Shown: positions 1 through 12,325 of the stretch, piece after piece
How positions within the stretch are numbered: position 1 is the first letter of the stretch
Layout of the letters: each line of letters begins with the position of its first letter
Assembly: GCA_951406725.2 (NCBI GenBank)
Contig: OX597828.1
Location: forward strand, 31,496,001 to 31,560,000
Length of the DNA: 64,000 nt
Direction: 5' to 3'
From: Octopus vulgaris
Lineage: Eukaryota
Position numbers and translations under genes: made by a program
Notes under the pieces: generated by a model
Database searches by the model: none
Seen by the model: the letters and a program-made list of their open reading frames with translations, nothing else
What the model was told of the DNA's origin: nothing

Positions 1-1400
1 TAAAGCTATTACACAGAGAGGACAGTACATCCCGTTTGGGGACTCATAACAATTAAAAATATATAAAAATAAAATATGATACTATGAATGACACATGAAA
101 ATGAACATGACGAAAAATTAAAATTATGATAACATGCGTGATAGTTGAAAATGAAAATATGAAGAGTGTGCCACTCATCGCACATCGAGGAAAACTACTC
201 GCCGCCTCTGAGTCATAAATTCCTTTTAATCTCTGTTCCAGTTCCGCTGTCGCTCCATGACTGCACTCTCTCGTAGAAGTCTTCTAAATTCTGAAGTGCC
301 CGCTGTTTGTTTCTCTCTTTCCTGTGGGGAAATGGGGCGTGTGTATGGGTAAGAGATATCTGAGTGGTCTTGGGTGGGATGAAGTTGGACTGGGGTACCA
401 TATCGGACTCAGTATCTTTCCTTTTTTCTTTTCCTCCTCCTACTCTCTGTTACTCTCAATTCTTCCTCCTTTTCCTCTTTTCCTCCGTCTGTCTTTTCTT
501 CCTCTCTTTTGTCTTCCATCTCCACAAATGTTTCTCCTGCTATTGTCCTCTGTAGAAGTTATTATTCTCTAATGTGGCCATTTTGGCTACATTTAAAGAA
601 AATTGGTACTCAGCCCTCTACCCACACTCTCAGCACAATTTCCCCCAACGTCACCGTCTCTGCCAAACTCTCCAGTTGCCCCTCCCCCGCTTGTAAAATT
701 AGTTCATGTGTCTCCCCTTCCCACCCTTATTCTTCCCTTTCTGTGGTTTCAAGGACAGCTACTTTCTCCTCGCTTCCAACAAGGACAGCAACGGCCACCT
801 AAGCCACTTCTATATCAGGTGGGATTGCTTCTACACTTACCATGGAAGATTTTCTTCTAAGACATGTGGTCAGAAGCACTACATCCTCTGTTTTTACCGC
901 CACTCTCGCCAGCCTCCTCACCTCCTCTACTGTCCTAAATTGGACAACCGTTGTTCTATATCTCCTTCCTTTTGTTATGTGTGTTATTTCTTTTGACCGC
1001 TCTCTTAGCGCCTTTTCCATTTCAGCTTCAACCTGCTGAGCCTTTTTTCCTTTTAACCAAAACACCTTATAGATGATCGTTTTTCTCTCCATCCGCTCCA
1101 TACTTCCGCCGCCCACTTTCTGTACTATCTTCTCATTATCCTTCAGACCAGTCAAGTCCAATTTCCTTCGCTTCATCTCCGTGACGTCAGCGGAAGTCCT
1201 TGTCTTCTCCAACTCGCAGTCCATTTTATGACCGCCCGTACCACCTCCTTCTCTTCTGAAGACAACTCAGAACCACTAAGTTTTGAATACATTTGCTAAG
1301 CTAGCACGAAAAAAACCGTCCGACTATCAACAAATTCACACAACAACTACTGGACAACGCATGCACACAGCTTCTTGCACACAGCCACCGCTGTGCAAAC
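1..1400 (-). mobile_element. Decayed non-LTR retroelement ORF1 (gag-like, CCHC zinc knuckle); no ORF2 seen
   Basis: Minus ORF 799-1224 continues through stops to IVLRVWVEG*VPIFFKCSQNGHIRE (degenerate CX2CX4HX4C, ~565-640), then an E/R/K-rich tract, ending near 213; candidate ATG at 1292. Confidence 0.6.
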
Positions 1401-1647
1401 ATTATATATATGAATAAAAGATGAAAGCGAAAACCTCAAAAACCAACAATCCTACGATAAATACACACACGAGCAATGCAATGGAAGCTTTTAAAAATAG
1501 GCCTACCTTCTGTATGGAATTTGAAGTTAGTTTACGTTACCCAATATCAATTGATTGCATGTTGGGCATGAGAAAACATACTTTGCAGTCTTCAGTTTGA
1601 GATTGTAACTTATTTATAAATATTTTATTGTTTACTATATATATATA

Positions 1648-2049
1648 GGCGCAGGAGTGGCTGTGTGGTAAGTAGCTTGTTTACCAACCACATGGTTCCG
1701 GGTTCAGTCCCACTGCGTGGCACCTTGGGCAAGTGTCTTCTACTAAAGCCTCGAGCCGACCAAAGCCTTGTGAGTGGATTTGGTAGACGAAAGAAGCCTG
1801 TCGTATAAATGTATATATATATATGTGTGTGTGTGTAAGTTTGTGTGTCTGTGTTTGTCCCCCTAGCATTGCTTGACAACCGATGCTGGTGCGTTTACGT
1901 CCCCGTTACTTAGCGGTTCGGCAAAAGGGACAGACAGAATACGTACTGGGCTTAGAAAAGAATAAGTCCCGGGTTCGAATTGCTCGATTAAAGGCGGTGC
2001 TCCAGCATGGCCGCAGTCAAATGACTGAAACAAGTGAAAGAGTAAAAGA

Positions 2050-2050
<1 letters not shown>
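1648..2050 (+). mobile_element. tRNA-derived SINE family A, full length (bipartite with central TA/TG tract)
   Basis: A-box-like TGGCTGTGTGG, B-box-like GGTTCAGTCCC, tail GAGTAAAAGAG; at least 6 other copies in the window. Confidence 0.9.
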
Positions 2051-2092
<42 letters not shown>

Positions 2093-2298
2093 GAAGTATA
2101 TTTGCCACCTAAATGTGGCTAACCTCTAATGGACGATGCTACTGTACTTTATGGCCTCAGGAAGACATCTCCTCCAGCTGGCCAAATCACACTGTCTCTG
2201 ACCTATCAGCATTTGCAAATGGAAAATCATCGTTCGGGAAATATACTTCACAATGTCGTGCTGCTACTGTCTATGTCTCGCTCAGAGACTTATTATTG

Positions 2299-2324
2299 CT
2301 TATATATATATATATGAGTGTGTG

Positions 2325-2416
<92 letters not shown>

Positions 2417-2510
2417 TGTATGTATGTATGTATGCATATGTAAGTATGTTTGTGTATATATATATATGTATGTATATTAGCTCACATACATACACACACA
2501 TATATCATGT
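2299..2510. repeat. (TA)n/(TG)n/(TATG)n microsatellite cluster
   Basis: Direct reading; explains the YIYI/MYVC ORFs. Confidence 0.95.
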
Positions 2511-2787
2511 ATAGGTATAGAAATATATGTGTGTTTCGATTTTTCTTCATATGCATGTGATATTATTTTTATTGCCTTGTCTCATATCTCCTATATTGAC
2601 TAGTGAATATCATCTCGTCTCTAGTCGATCTTCATATACTGAAGCATTTACTTAATGGAGAACAATTATCATTGCTACATATCTGCTATATTTATATATT
2701 TTGCTCGTGGACATAGACGAGCCTATAAAAGCTCTCTTCATTATGTAAACGATTCTTGTTTGTTTTGTTGCAACTTTATAATATCAT

Positions 2788-2822
<35 letters not shown>

Positions 2823-3815
2823 CTGTGTGTGTGTGTATGTATGTATAAAGAAGCGTGCGTATATATATGTATGTGTGCGTGGGTGAGTGTGAGTGTGTGA
2901 GTATCTGTATATAAGGTATTGAGTTACGTACACTGGACATAGTATTAATCATCATTATTTGTGACGTATCTTATCAGTGACATTTTTATTAACGCATTGC
3001 TATATAATCCGAGTGTAGTGGTTACTATGGTAAATTCTGTTGTGTTTCCCCAGTACAGTGCGAGGCAGTTATACACTCCCAGTTCTTCCATTTGTTTCCA
3101 GTTGCGTTGTATGTAATAGTACATTATACATATTGACTTTCTTTTCTCTGGGAGAATTTAGTTCTTGATTGCAGGTGTTGGACACGTAAAATCTTCCCTC
3201 GATTATTAGCTTTGCATAACAATTAGGTTATTTCTGCGTTTCTGCGTTGTCAATCTCCGTGAACACCCCCAAATTTTACATCTATATGAAGACAACACAT
3301 GTTACGCAATTCACAGACATCAATTGAATGTCATTAAATTCGAAAGCATAAGAGGCTTTCAGGTTTGTAACTACGTCGACGTCCTCTCACTTAATCATGA
3401 GAATATTTTCCCCCTAGCTTTCAAGATATCTTACGTCACTTAGACAAGATAAAGATAGCAAACACGAATCCTGTTTCTGCACTAGCGTAAACAAAATACA
3501 TTTGCCTCATATGTTTTACTCAAGTGAGAAACAAACGAAAATAAGATAAAATATTCATATATTGAAAGATACCATCCTATTTTTATTATCAAAGATCTAG
3601 AATCGCAAGAAAATAATTGGGGTCTGCTTACGCAGAAAAAAAAAATCGTATTCATTTTTTTCGAAGAAATATTCTTACTAATATATACAAGATTCTACAT
3701 TCTGCTATCTCGAATTGTATAGTGCTTATTATATATCATAGATTTACAATTACGCAATACCATTAAGGTTGCTTTTTTTTAAAGTAGCTATCATACACAT
3801 GCTACAGTCGCGAAC

Positions 3816-3850
<35 letters not shown>

Positions 3851-3854
3851 TTCT

Positions 3855-4040
3855 CTACTCTAAGCAAAAATCCCATAATTTTGGGGGAGGGGGCCAGTCG
3901 ATTAGATCGACTCCATTAAGCAACTAGTACTTAATTTATCGATCGCGAAAGGATGTAAGGCAAAGTAGACCTCGGCGGAATTTGAACCCAGAAAGTAAAG
4001 ACAGACGAACTACCGCTACGGGTTTCGCCCGGCGTGCTAA
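3855..4040 (-). mobile_element. SINE family B copy
   Basis: Reverse complement of the GTTCTGAGTTCAAATTCCGCCGAGGTCGACTTTGCCTTTCATCCTTTCG core seen at 7862 and ~34800. Confidence 0.85.
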
Positions 4041-4601
4041 ATATTCTTATTTATTTATTGCACACAAGGAGCTAAACATGGACAGCCAAAATGAGAACGA
4101 ATAAAGTATATATTGTAAAATTTCTTTGAAATAAAACATAAAAGGACACGATATTCAGGTCATAATTGTATAGTAAAATTTGGGCCCTAACATTTGAATA
4201 ATAAAATATATAAATGACTCTGAGAAACTTTAAAGTTTAAGGCTAAGAATGAAATATTTTTAAGTTAAATTGAATGTAATAAGAGATTCAAATATTTCAA
4301 AATTATGAAGCGAAAAGTTAGATAAAATCCAAATAGAAATTGAAATTGAAGAGAGGAAAAAATTAGAAACAAATACTTAAGTGTTAAGAATAGGAATAAA
4401 AATAATATTGCATAAAAATAGGAGTAAAAATAAATAATATTTTTCATGCTCCTAAATATTCATTTATTTACTAGTTTTGTTCTAAACACTCGAAGCCGTG
4501 TGACACTCTATAGTTGCATCATTCAATAAATATAGTCATTCATATGAAACTGTATTGAGGTCAGCCTCTGTTCTCATCATATGCGCTTTGTCAGTCTGTC
4601 G

Positions 4602-4640
<39 letters not shown>

Positions 4641-4799
4641 AATAGAAAATTTCAAATTCTGTGTGTATCAGAGCAAATGATGGTACCATGTTGGTTGAGA
4701 AGATTGATATTTTGAATTGATGGATAAAGATAGATGTTTATTTCATCATGCGAGAGCAGTTTTGCCTGATTATCCTGACTCTAATGATGTTCCAACTAC

Positions 4800-5100
4800 C
4801 TTGCCATCAAAATAACGAGGAAAAACAAATCTGCTGGGGCAGACGGAATAGTTATTGAGCTAATGAAAACATTAGAGTAATATGGAATTAGAAAACTGAC
4901 AGATGTAATAAACAAGATGTATGATGATGGGAATTTTCCAGAAAGTCTAAGGAAATCCATCTTCATTACACTGCCACAGTAAATAAGGAGCAACGACCCA
5001 TGAACAACATCGAAGATTTACTCTCATGAGTCACGTCACAAAGATCAGTCTGCGAATTTTACTTCTGCGGGAAAGAAACAGAATAACAGCTGAGATTGGA
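4800..5100 (+). mobile_element. RTE-clade LINE reverse transcriptase fragment (pseudogenised)
   Basis: Translates to KNKSAGADGIVIELMK...INKMYDDGNFPESLRKSIFITLP...LMSHVTKISLRIL with stops and a frameshift; matches the KAPGPDG / IPLPKK / ISLMSH..KI motifs. Confidence 0.8.
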
Positions 5101-5659
5101 ATTAAACTGTTTAAAACTGTTTAGCTATATAATGTGTTCTGGTGCTAAGAATTCTATTTTTCTTAATTGCGAATAACAGAACAGGCAGTGGAGATACAAA
5201 AAGATCTCTCCTTGTGTTTCGTGGATTTGATTTTCTCAGTATATACGGCAGTATCGAATGCTGCATTGTAATAATGCGCCAGCAAGTATTTTCTTTGCCA
5301 CAAGTTTGGATATGGCACTGGATATATTTTTTATAATTAGTTTTATGGCAGAGTAGTGGGAGACTGGATTTATATTTACATATCTTACATTGTCGTTCGA
5401 TTTATGATATGGTTCAATTAATCCGATATCCAGACTAAGCGTTACATCAAAAGATTGACCTTATATTAATTATTTTCTCTAGTAACAGATAGTCCGAATA
5501 TTTGGAAGAATGAAGTAGTCATTTCTTAAATGTATTCGCTTCTACTTGGCCACAAATATAAATTATGTAGCGATCGTTATCCCTATATAGATTGCCTCCC
5601 AGATTAAGAAACCAGGAATGAAATATATATTCCGATGACATCAGTGACTTGCACTGATA

Positions 5660-6020
5660 GAAAAGTCATTCTATATCTGCCTTAGGACGGTGCATTCTAT
5701 GCCTTGCCAAAAATGTTCCTAGTTTTCCGTCAAGATTACACATTTCAGTAATTGACCAGTTACTAATATTGAAACTGTAAATCACGACCGGTGTGGCTAA
5801 AGTATTGATCGCTTCGATCCTGTTTCTTGCATTCAGCTCTGTCTTGAATATTGCCCTTACCCTGCGATGACATTCTCTTCTGATCCTTTCCCTCATCGGT
5901 GAATGTTTGATTCCATCCCCTTCAAATACCCATAGGTTTTTGTAGCTCTCGCGTGTTCCAGATCCTTTATGACATTCTACTGGTTAAGATTAACGTTGAA
6001 TGTTTCCGTCATTTTTCATT
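5660..6020 (-). mobile_element. R4/Dong-like non-LTR retrotransposon RT C-terminal fragment
   Basis: RRVRAIFKTELNARNRIEAINTLATPVVIYSF..W...E..LDGK...MHRPKADIE, preceded by a frameshifted YKxLG-like motif. Confidence 0.75.
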
Positions 6021-6085
6021 TGATATAGGTAGCTTTTGTACATTTATCGAGGCCAGGTCGTATCCTGATGTCATCTCTGAATTGT

Positions 6086-6087
<2 letters not shown>

Positions 6088-6137
<50 letters not shown>

Positions 6138-6160
6138 TAATAATAATAAAAATAATAATT
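6088..6160. repeat. (AAT)n microsatellite
   Basis: Direct reading. Confidence 0.95.
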
Positions 6161-6479
6161 ATACATCAATGACGTAGATCTCCCATTATTTTATATTTCC
6201 AGATTGAAGGAGAGGACTGTAACAATACTTTAAAATAATCCTACAAAACATTGCTTTTCCCGGCTTACTACTTTGCAAAATGCATTTGAGACACGAAGAC
6301 ATTCTCGGAGATATTTATGCTGTGGTACGTTGAACGAGGCGATAAAACATCAGAAACATACAAAATGCTCCATTCTGCTTATGAATTAACTTGAATCAGA
6401 CGAACATTTGTTTCATTGACCCAAGAAACCAGGTAAAACAAATCCACCGGAAAGACCACGATGATCTCCTTTTGCGACA

Positions 6480-6665
6480 GCAAGAATATAATCTATGTCT
6501 ACTGATGTTTCAACACCTGCAACAAGATAATTCACCAGTCCATAAATCCATCATGGTAGCTGGATATTTTACAGAGATTGACATCGAAACTTTGCCTTAA
6601 TCTCCCTACAGTTTAAACCTTGCTTGATGTAACTTTTGGTTGTTCACCAAACTGAAGAAGATAGA
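6480..6665 (+). mobile_element. Mariner transposase relic
   Basis: HLQQDNSPVHKS...ETLP*SPYSLNLA*CNFWLFTKLKK resembles HHDNAPxH...PHPPYSPDLAPCDFWLFPKLK. Confidence 0.75.
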
Positions 6666-7793
6666 GTTAGATGCGGCAATGAACTTGGACTCATTCACAT
6701 TAGTGCGAGCTCCAGCAAGTAGTTAGGGTACAACCACAAATACACTGAACTCCGAGAACCTTCATAGTATTAAATTTCGTATTTCTCTAAAATTAATAAT
6801 TAATAATAATAAAAATTTCTGTAATCTACCGTAACTTTTCACACACACACAAACGTTGACATTAATTAGACATTAGCACGTGCTTTCTTCGTTCAGTGTA
6901 TTTGCTAAAAAGAATTTTCTGATTTGATGGCTTATCTAAATCATTTGTAGCAAATCTCGGTTGTTTCAATTTTGCTTCAGCATCCTTATATCAGCAGAAT
7001 TCACACACACCCAATTCTATGCCGTAACAATATAATCATCTCCGTTGTACATATTGCTGCTCTCAGCAATGTGTATTTGGTTATTTAGCCATCATAATGC
7101 AATGTCAAGTCGTATATGGCTTGTCACATTCTACACGATCGGATTATACGTGTTGCAATGCTAGATGCGACATAATACTCTAATCCTTATACTGATGTGT
7201 CAAATACGTATTGTGATATATATTTGAGAGTAAATAAATCGTTGAATTGGCACTACTTTGCTATGCATATACCAGTAGATGGAAATGGGTCACGCTAAAT
7301 AATCTTGACCGAGAAGTCAGGACAGGTAGTAGTATTGTGATAAATAGATCAATATCAAAAGTTGGGTAAATTCCATGTAACGTCGTTCATTTCTCACCAC
7401 AAACTCGTGACAAATATTGCAATATACACGAAATCTTCGATTTTATCTAAACTTAAAGTATATGTGTATTTTCTTCTCAGTAGATGTGATGGGCATAAAT
7501 CTTGTAACGAGTGGTGTTACAACTAACACTACTAGGTAGCCATTAAACTATTTGCGTTGCAGAAATAAAATCTTTAATGTTCATTTATTATGTTGCAGAA
7601 GTAAGTACTGATTATATTCTTCTTTACTAATATTTGGGATTGTACCTGTGAGAAATTACCATGTATATTCTACGGTCATCAATAAGTCTCACTGACCTAT
7701 CTTTCCGGAAAAGCATTGGCATCCTAACAAAGGTTTATAAAATGTTATTTGTGTACATGTGTATTGAGGCATTTGTATAATTTAAATTGTTTA

Positions 7794-8375
7794 AGGCAGC
7801 GAACGGGCAGAATCGTTAGCTCGCCGGGCGAAATGCGTAGCCGTATTTCGTCTGCCGTTACGTTCTGAGTTCAAATTGCGCCGAGGTCGACTTTGCCTTT
7901 CGTCCTTTCGGAGTCGATAACTTAAGTACCAGTGACGCACTGGGGTCAATATAATCGATTTAATCCGTTTGTCTGTCCTTGTTTGTCTTCTCTGTGTTTA
8001 GCCCCGTGTGGGTAGTAAGGAAATAGGTATTTCATCTGCCGCTACGTTCTGAGTTCAAATTCTGCCGAGGTCGACGTTGCCTTTCATGCTTTCGGGGTCG
8101 ATTAGATAAGTACCAGTTACGCACTGGGGTCGATATAATAAACTTGATCCGTTTGTCTGTCCTTCTTCATCTCCTCTGTGTTTGGCCCCTTGTGGGTAGT
8201 AAAGAAATAGGGTTTCGTCTGTCTTTACGTTCTGAGTTCAAATTCCGCCGAGTTTGACTTTGACTTTCATTACTGTCGGTGTCGATAAATTGAGTAATAC
8301 CTGTGTCCTGGGATCGATTTGAACCACTGCCCTCCCCCATAAAAAGTAGGGCCTTGTGCCTAGTGTAGAAAAGAT
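7794..8375 (+). mobile_element. SINE family B, tandem trimer (~184-bp period)
   Basis: One full head at 7794; the GTATTTC.TCTG...GTTCTGAGTTCAAATT unit restarts at ~7842, ~8027 and ~8211. Confidence 0.9.
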
Positions 8376-9020
8376 TATTTGAATTTTTTGCAAGCCTGTT
8401 TTACATATAAAATCATCTTGCAATATATTTGAATGGTTTTAGATGTATTATCGCTCAGCAGACATTCCCAAACCCGAGGCCACTGATTTTAGGAAATTAT
8501 TACCTAAACCTATGTCGTTTCGATTTCAGTGTTCAAATCGCTCTGTAAGTCAGTCATCTATTTCATAAAATTTGTCTCTAGAAAATATGCATCGTTATAT
8601 TTTTTAAAATCGTTTGGAGCGCATCTTTTCCGACATCGAAGTTCAAAATGCTAAGACTTTTTTTATCATGTGCACCAGTATATTCATGGTAAACGGTGAC
8701 ATTTATTTCAAGGTAGCCTTTTTGTAGAGAAGTTAATCGCTTCACAATTTTTATTTTTATTTATTCATTTATTTATTCATTTTTCTTCGTTGTTTCCCTA
8801 CAAGTTTTCGGTCTTATATATTCAGCAATTTCTTTCAGCTGAAAATATCCAAGTTACGGAGAGAAAACGAATGCAATAAATTTTTACTTTTGAAATGTCG
8901 AAATTTAAATTTGTATTCATTAGAAGTATTTTTGCTTGAGTTGACATTAACAGTCACTTTCAGCTCCCGTGAGTCAGAAAATATTCACAAACAATGATCA
9001 AAACAAAGATAAGCCTTATA

Positions 9021-10330
9021 CAGGGTGGGGCAGAGAGTACGGATGTTTTTGAAAAATTCACAAAATCATTAATTTTAGCTTCAAACGAATTGTATTGACA
9101 GCAATGAGTTTGTATTCAATTAACATTTGTCAAAATTAAGTGAACAACATCTATCATGTGGTGTCCGTTTTCATTGATACATTTCTAAAGGCCTTCTTGA
9201 AACCTGGACTCCACTCTCTCCAGCATTGCTATGCTGATTTGGGCGAATTCCACGCGAATAGTTTCCTTTAAATGGTCCAATGCACGTGGCTTATGCGCAC
9301 ACATACGTGCCTTGAGATTTTCCCACAAGAAATAATCACACATAGAAAATCAGGGGACCAAGGCGACCGAGAATTGTTAGCAAATCTGAAAATGAGGCGG
9401 TCACCTAAGACAGGGCGAAGAAGGTACATTGGTGTTTTGGCTTTGTGGGCCGTTGCCCCGTCCTGCTGAAACCACACACGTCGAATAAGAATATGTTTCC
9501 GTCGTAATTCAGGCACAAATATGTTGTTCATTATCTCGATCGATTTAACGCTCGGAGTTTACAGTGTTTCCATTAATGTCTTAAAAAAGGTAAGGACCAA
9601 TGATGCCAGCTTTTCCAACAGTACACCAGACCGTTACTTTTGGGTGGTTCAGTGGTTTTCCGTACAGTTCTGTCGGATTTTCAAGAGCCCAATAATGACA
9701 ATTTTGTTGATTCACCATGCCATTGAGTTCCAAGTGAGATTGCCATTTGCCTAAACATTTGCTTCCATCTGAAGTGTGAAGTTAAGATGCCGTGCATAGT
9801 CACATGATTTCAAGTGTTGCCCAATGACCAATTTGTAGGTGTGGAAATACAGGACTTCAAGCAAAATGCCCCTTAGCGATCGATTACTGTTGATAAATTC
9901 AGTAGAATGCCATCGAACAGCGCGATTCTTAATCCGTATCAAAGCATGTCTCGTGTGTTCCACATTTTCTGGACTGGGGACCTTGCCGTTCGTGGTACCC
10001 CTACAGGTCTTTTATTAATTAGTATGCCTTGTGTACGAAGCCGATTCACCCAACGTAAAATGTGTTACGGCTGGGAACAACTTGATTTCGGTGAATGTAT
10101 TTATGGCGTCAAAACTCACGTTGAACTGCTGTGACACTCATTATTCTTCACGTAACTGTCGTAAGCAAACACGCGATGCTCTATCGTTCTCAGCGCCATG
10201 GCTTTACCTCACAAAAAAATGCTAAGACACCACCTACCGAATGGTACCTGTCGGACAAATGCTCCTCCCCATTGGGCTACGTAATAACCTGTATTACTAT
10301 ATTATCAGGCACACTTCACGAAAATTTAAT
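9021..10330 (-). mobile_element. Tc1/mariner superfamily, DD41D (rosa)-like transposon relic
   Basis: TA|CAGGGTG end at 9021; WFQQDGATAH...SPDxSMCDYFLWG gives 41 residues between the 2nd and 3rd D after correcting one frameshift; far end uncertain. Confidence 0.75.
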
Positions 10331-10439
10331 TAGTGAGTCGGTTTTACTTCCCATTTAAATCAACATTGTTTACATCGAAAAAAAAATGTTAAAAACACTA
10401 CAACTTGACTGCATTTTGCACATTTCAGTAACTCTTTTT

Positions 10440-10610
10440 CTAGACTAGCAATTTCGGGTTGTACGTCGATTACATCGACTGCAGTGGTATTTGTTTTATC
10501 GATGAAAGGTAAAGTCGACATCGGCGTGATTTGAACTCAGAACGTAAATTCGGATGAAATGCCGCTAAGCTTATTGCCCAGCGGGCTAATAAATCCGCCA
10601 GCTCACCGTA
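10440..10610 (-). mobile_element. SINE family B, degraded
   Basis: AAAGTCGACATCGGCGTGATTTGAACTCAGAACG matches the family core. Confidence 0.8.
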
Positions 10611-10683
10611 CTCCATTTAACCATTTATATTAAAATCTTACACACGCGCGCACACACACACAAACAAACACACACACACACAA

Positions 10684-10715
<32 letters not shown>

Positions 10716-11907
10716 GCATCTTTTAGGAACCCCATTATCATTTACTCAAATACTACATTGATACTTAAGATTGAGGCGCATCAGGTAGACGTTCAATCCG
10801 CCAATTGTAGATATAACCACTCTCCTACGTTTCCTGTCACCGGGTGTAAACCAAAGAATACTGTTACTTGGGGTTTTACGTATATAGTGATACCATTCAC
10901 TGGGCAATTTCAGTCAGCTACCTATTACCAAAATGCTGCATTACTTGCTATATATTTTTGTTGTGGATTTCAATGGAAAAGACTGGATTTTCATGAACAA
11001 AGAGAATTTCTTCCTTTATACCTATTTAGAATTATCCCTGATTAAGTGATATCACGCTTTAAATTGTTTTTAACATCGCGGTTTTCAAGTCGTCAACGAC
11101 TGTCATTTTGTAGCTTTGTGATCTTGTAAGGTGTTGTAAGGTATTTTGCTGCTTTTCTATATCGATGATTTTCCTACACTTCATTATTAAATATCCAGAT
11201 GAATATGGATTCTTTTGAGAAACTATTTTTTTTTATCAGTGTGTATTTTACCAACGTTGCTTTTACAGTGAAACTCATTCATTTACTGATCATATTGTTC
11301 AGGAATGCAGCATGTATCACTATATCGGAATGTCTTCTGAAAGTTTTTTTTTTCAAACAATATGACTATATGCGGGCTGCTTGTGCGTGTTTTCGGTATT
11401 GTTATGTGATCTGATGAGTGTTCTTATCAAGGTAGGAAAAAACTGACGTATAGTAATTAATTGACATACTCTGTATTTGCGCGTGCGTGTGTTGGTCTGC
11501 TTCTGTGCCTGCGTGTTTATTTGCATGTAACTCTAAGACATATTATAAGTGATTTTCTTCAAGTTTTCATCGTGACAATTGCATTTAAGATAATATGGAT
11601 CGATCTCTCTACTTGGTAGCCGCTATCACAACGTATAAAAACTGTATTTAGTATTTTAAATTGCATTTCAACCACTTTTTTTATGATTAGTTTTTGATCT
11701 TAATCTAAGATTTACCATCGACTGAGAGCTTTCCAAATAAGTTGCGTAATCACATATTTTGGCTGAATTGAATATACGGAGGTGGTATTTGGATTGGATA
11801 AATAAAGTACAGTGACAATAAAAGCCGGTAACATTTGCATTTAGGTGAGTGAAAACTATATTTGGATATTGTTCGATATTTGCTGTAAAATATAGTCACC
11901 TTTACGT

Positions 11908-12120
11908 AAGGCGACGAGCTGGAAGAGTGGTTAAGACACCGAGCAAAATGCTTACCGGCATTTCTTGTGTCTTCGTGGTGTGATTTCAAATTTCTGCGAA
12001 GTCTGCTTTACATTTCATCATTGGGGGTCGATAAAGTAGGTGACAGTTGAATACTGGGATTGATCTAGTTGATTTATTTGCAATGTAGAAAATTTCTGGC
12101 ACTTTGCCAAAATTTGAAAT
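11908..12120 (+). mobile_element. SINE family B, degraded
   Basis: AAGGCGACGAGCTGG head and TTTCATCATTGGGGGTCGATAAA core. Confidence 0.7.
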
Positions 12121-12243
12121 CAATATAGTTACGTTACTTTAAAATATCAGTCGGTTATGCTATCGCGATGCTGATACATTAACCATCAGTAAGGTTCTAT
12201 TCAGCAGACACGTGCTTGCAGATTTGGGTCAGATTCGATATAC

Positions 12244-12246
<3 letters not shown>

Positions 12247-12324
<78 letters not shown>

Positions 12325-12325
12325 G
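12247..12325. repeat. (CA)n(TA)n microsatellite
   Basis: Direct reading. Confidence 0.95.

Noticed and set aside
1648-1725. tRNA genes at SINE heads (also 38075, 43371)
   Set aside because: A/B boxes are present but there is no complete cloverleaf, and each continues into a multi-copy SINE body
7794-8375. CRISPR-like array
   Set aside because: The units are ~184-bp SINE copies without unique spacers; eukaryotic context and no cas genes
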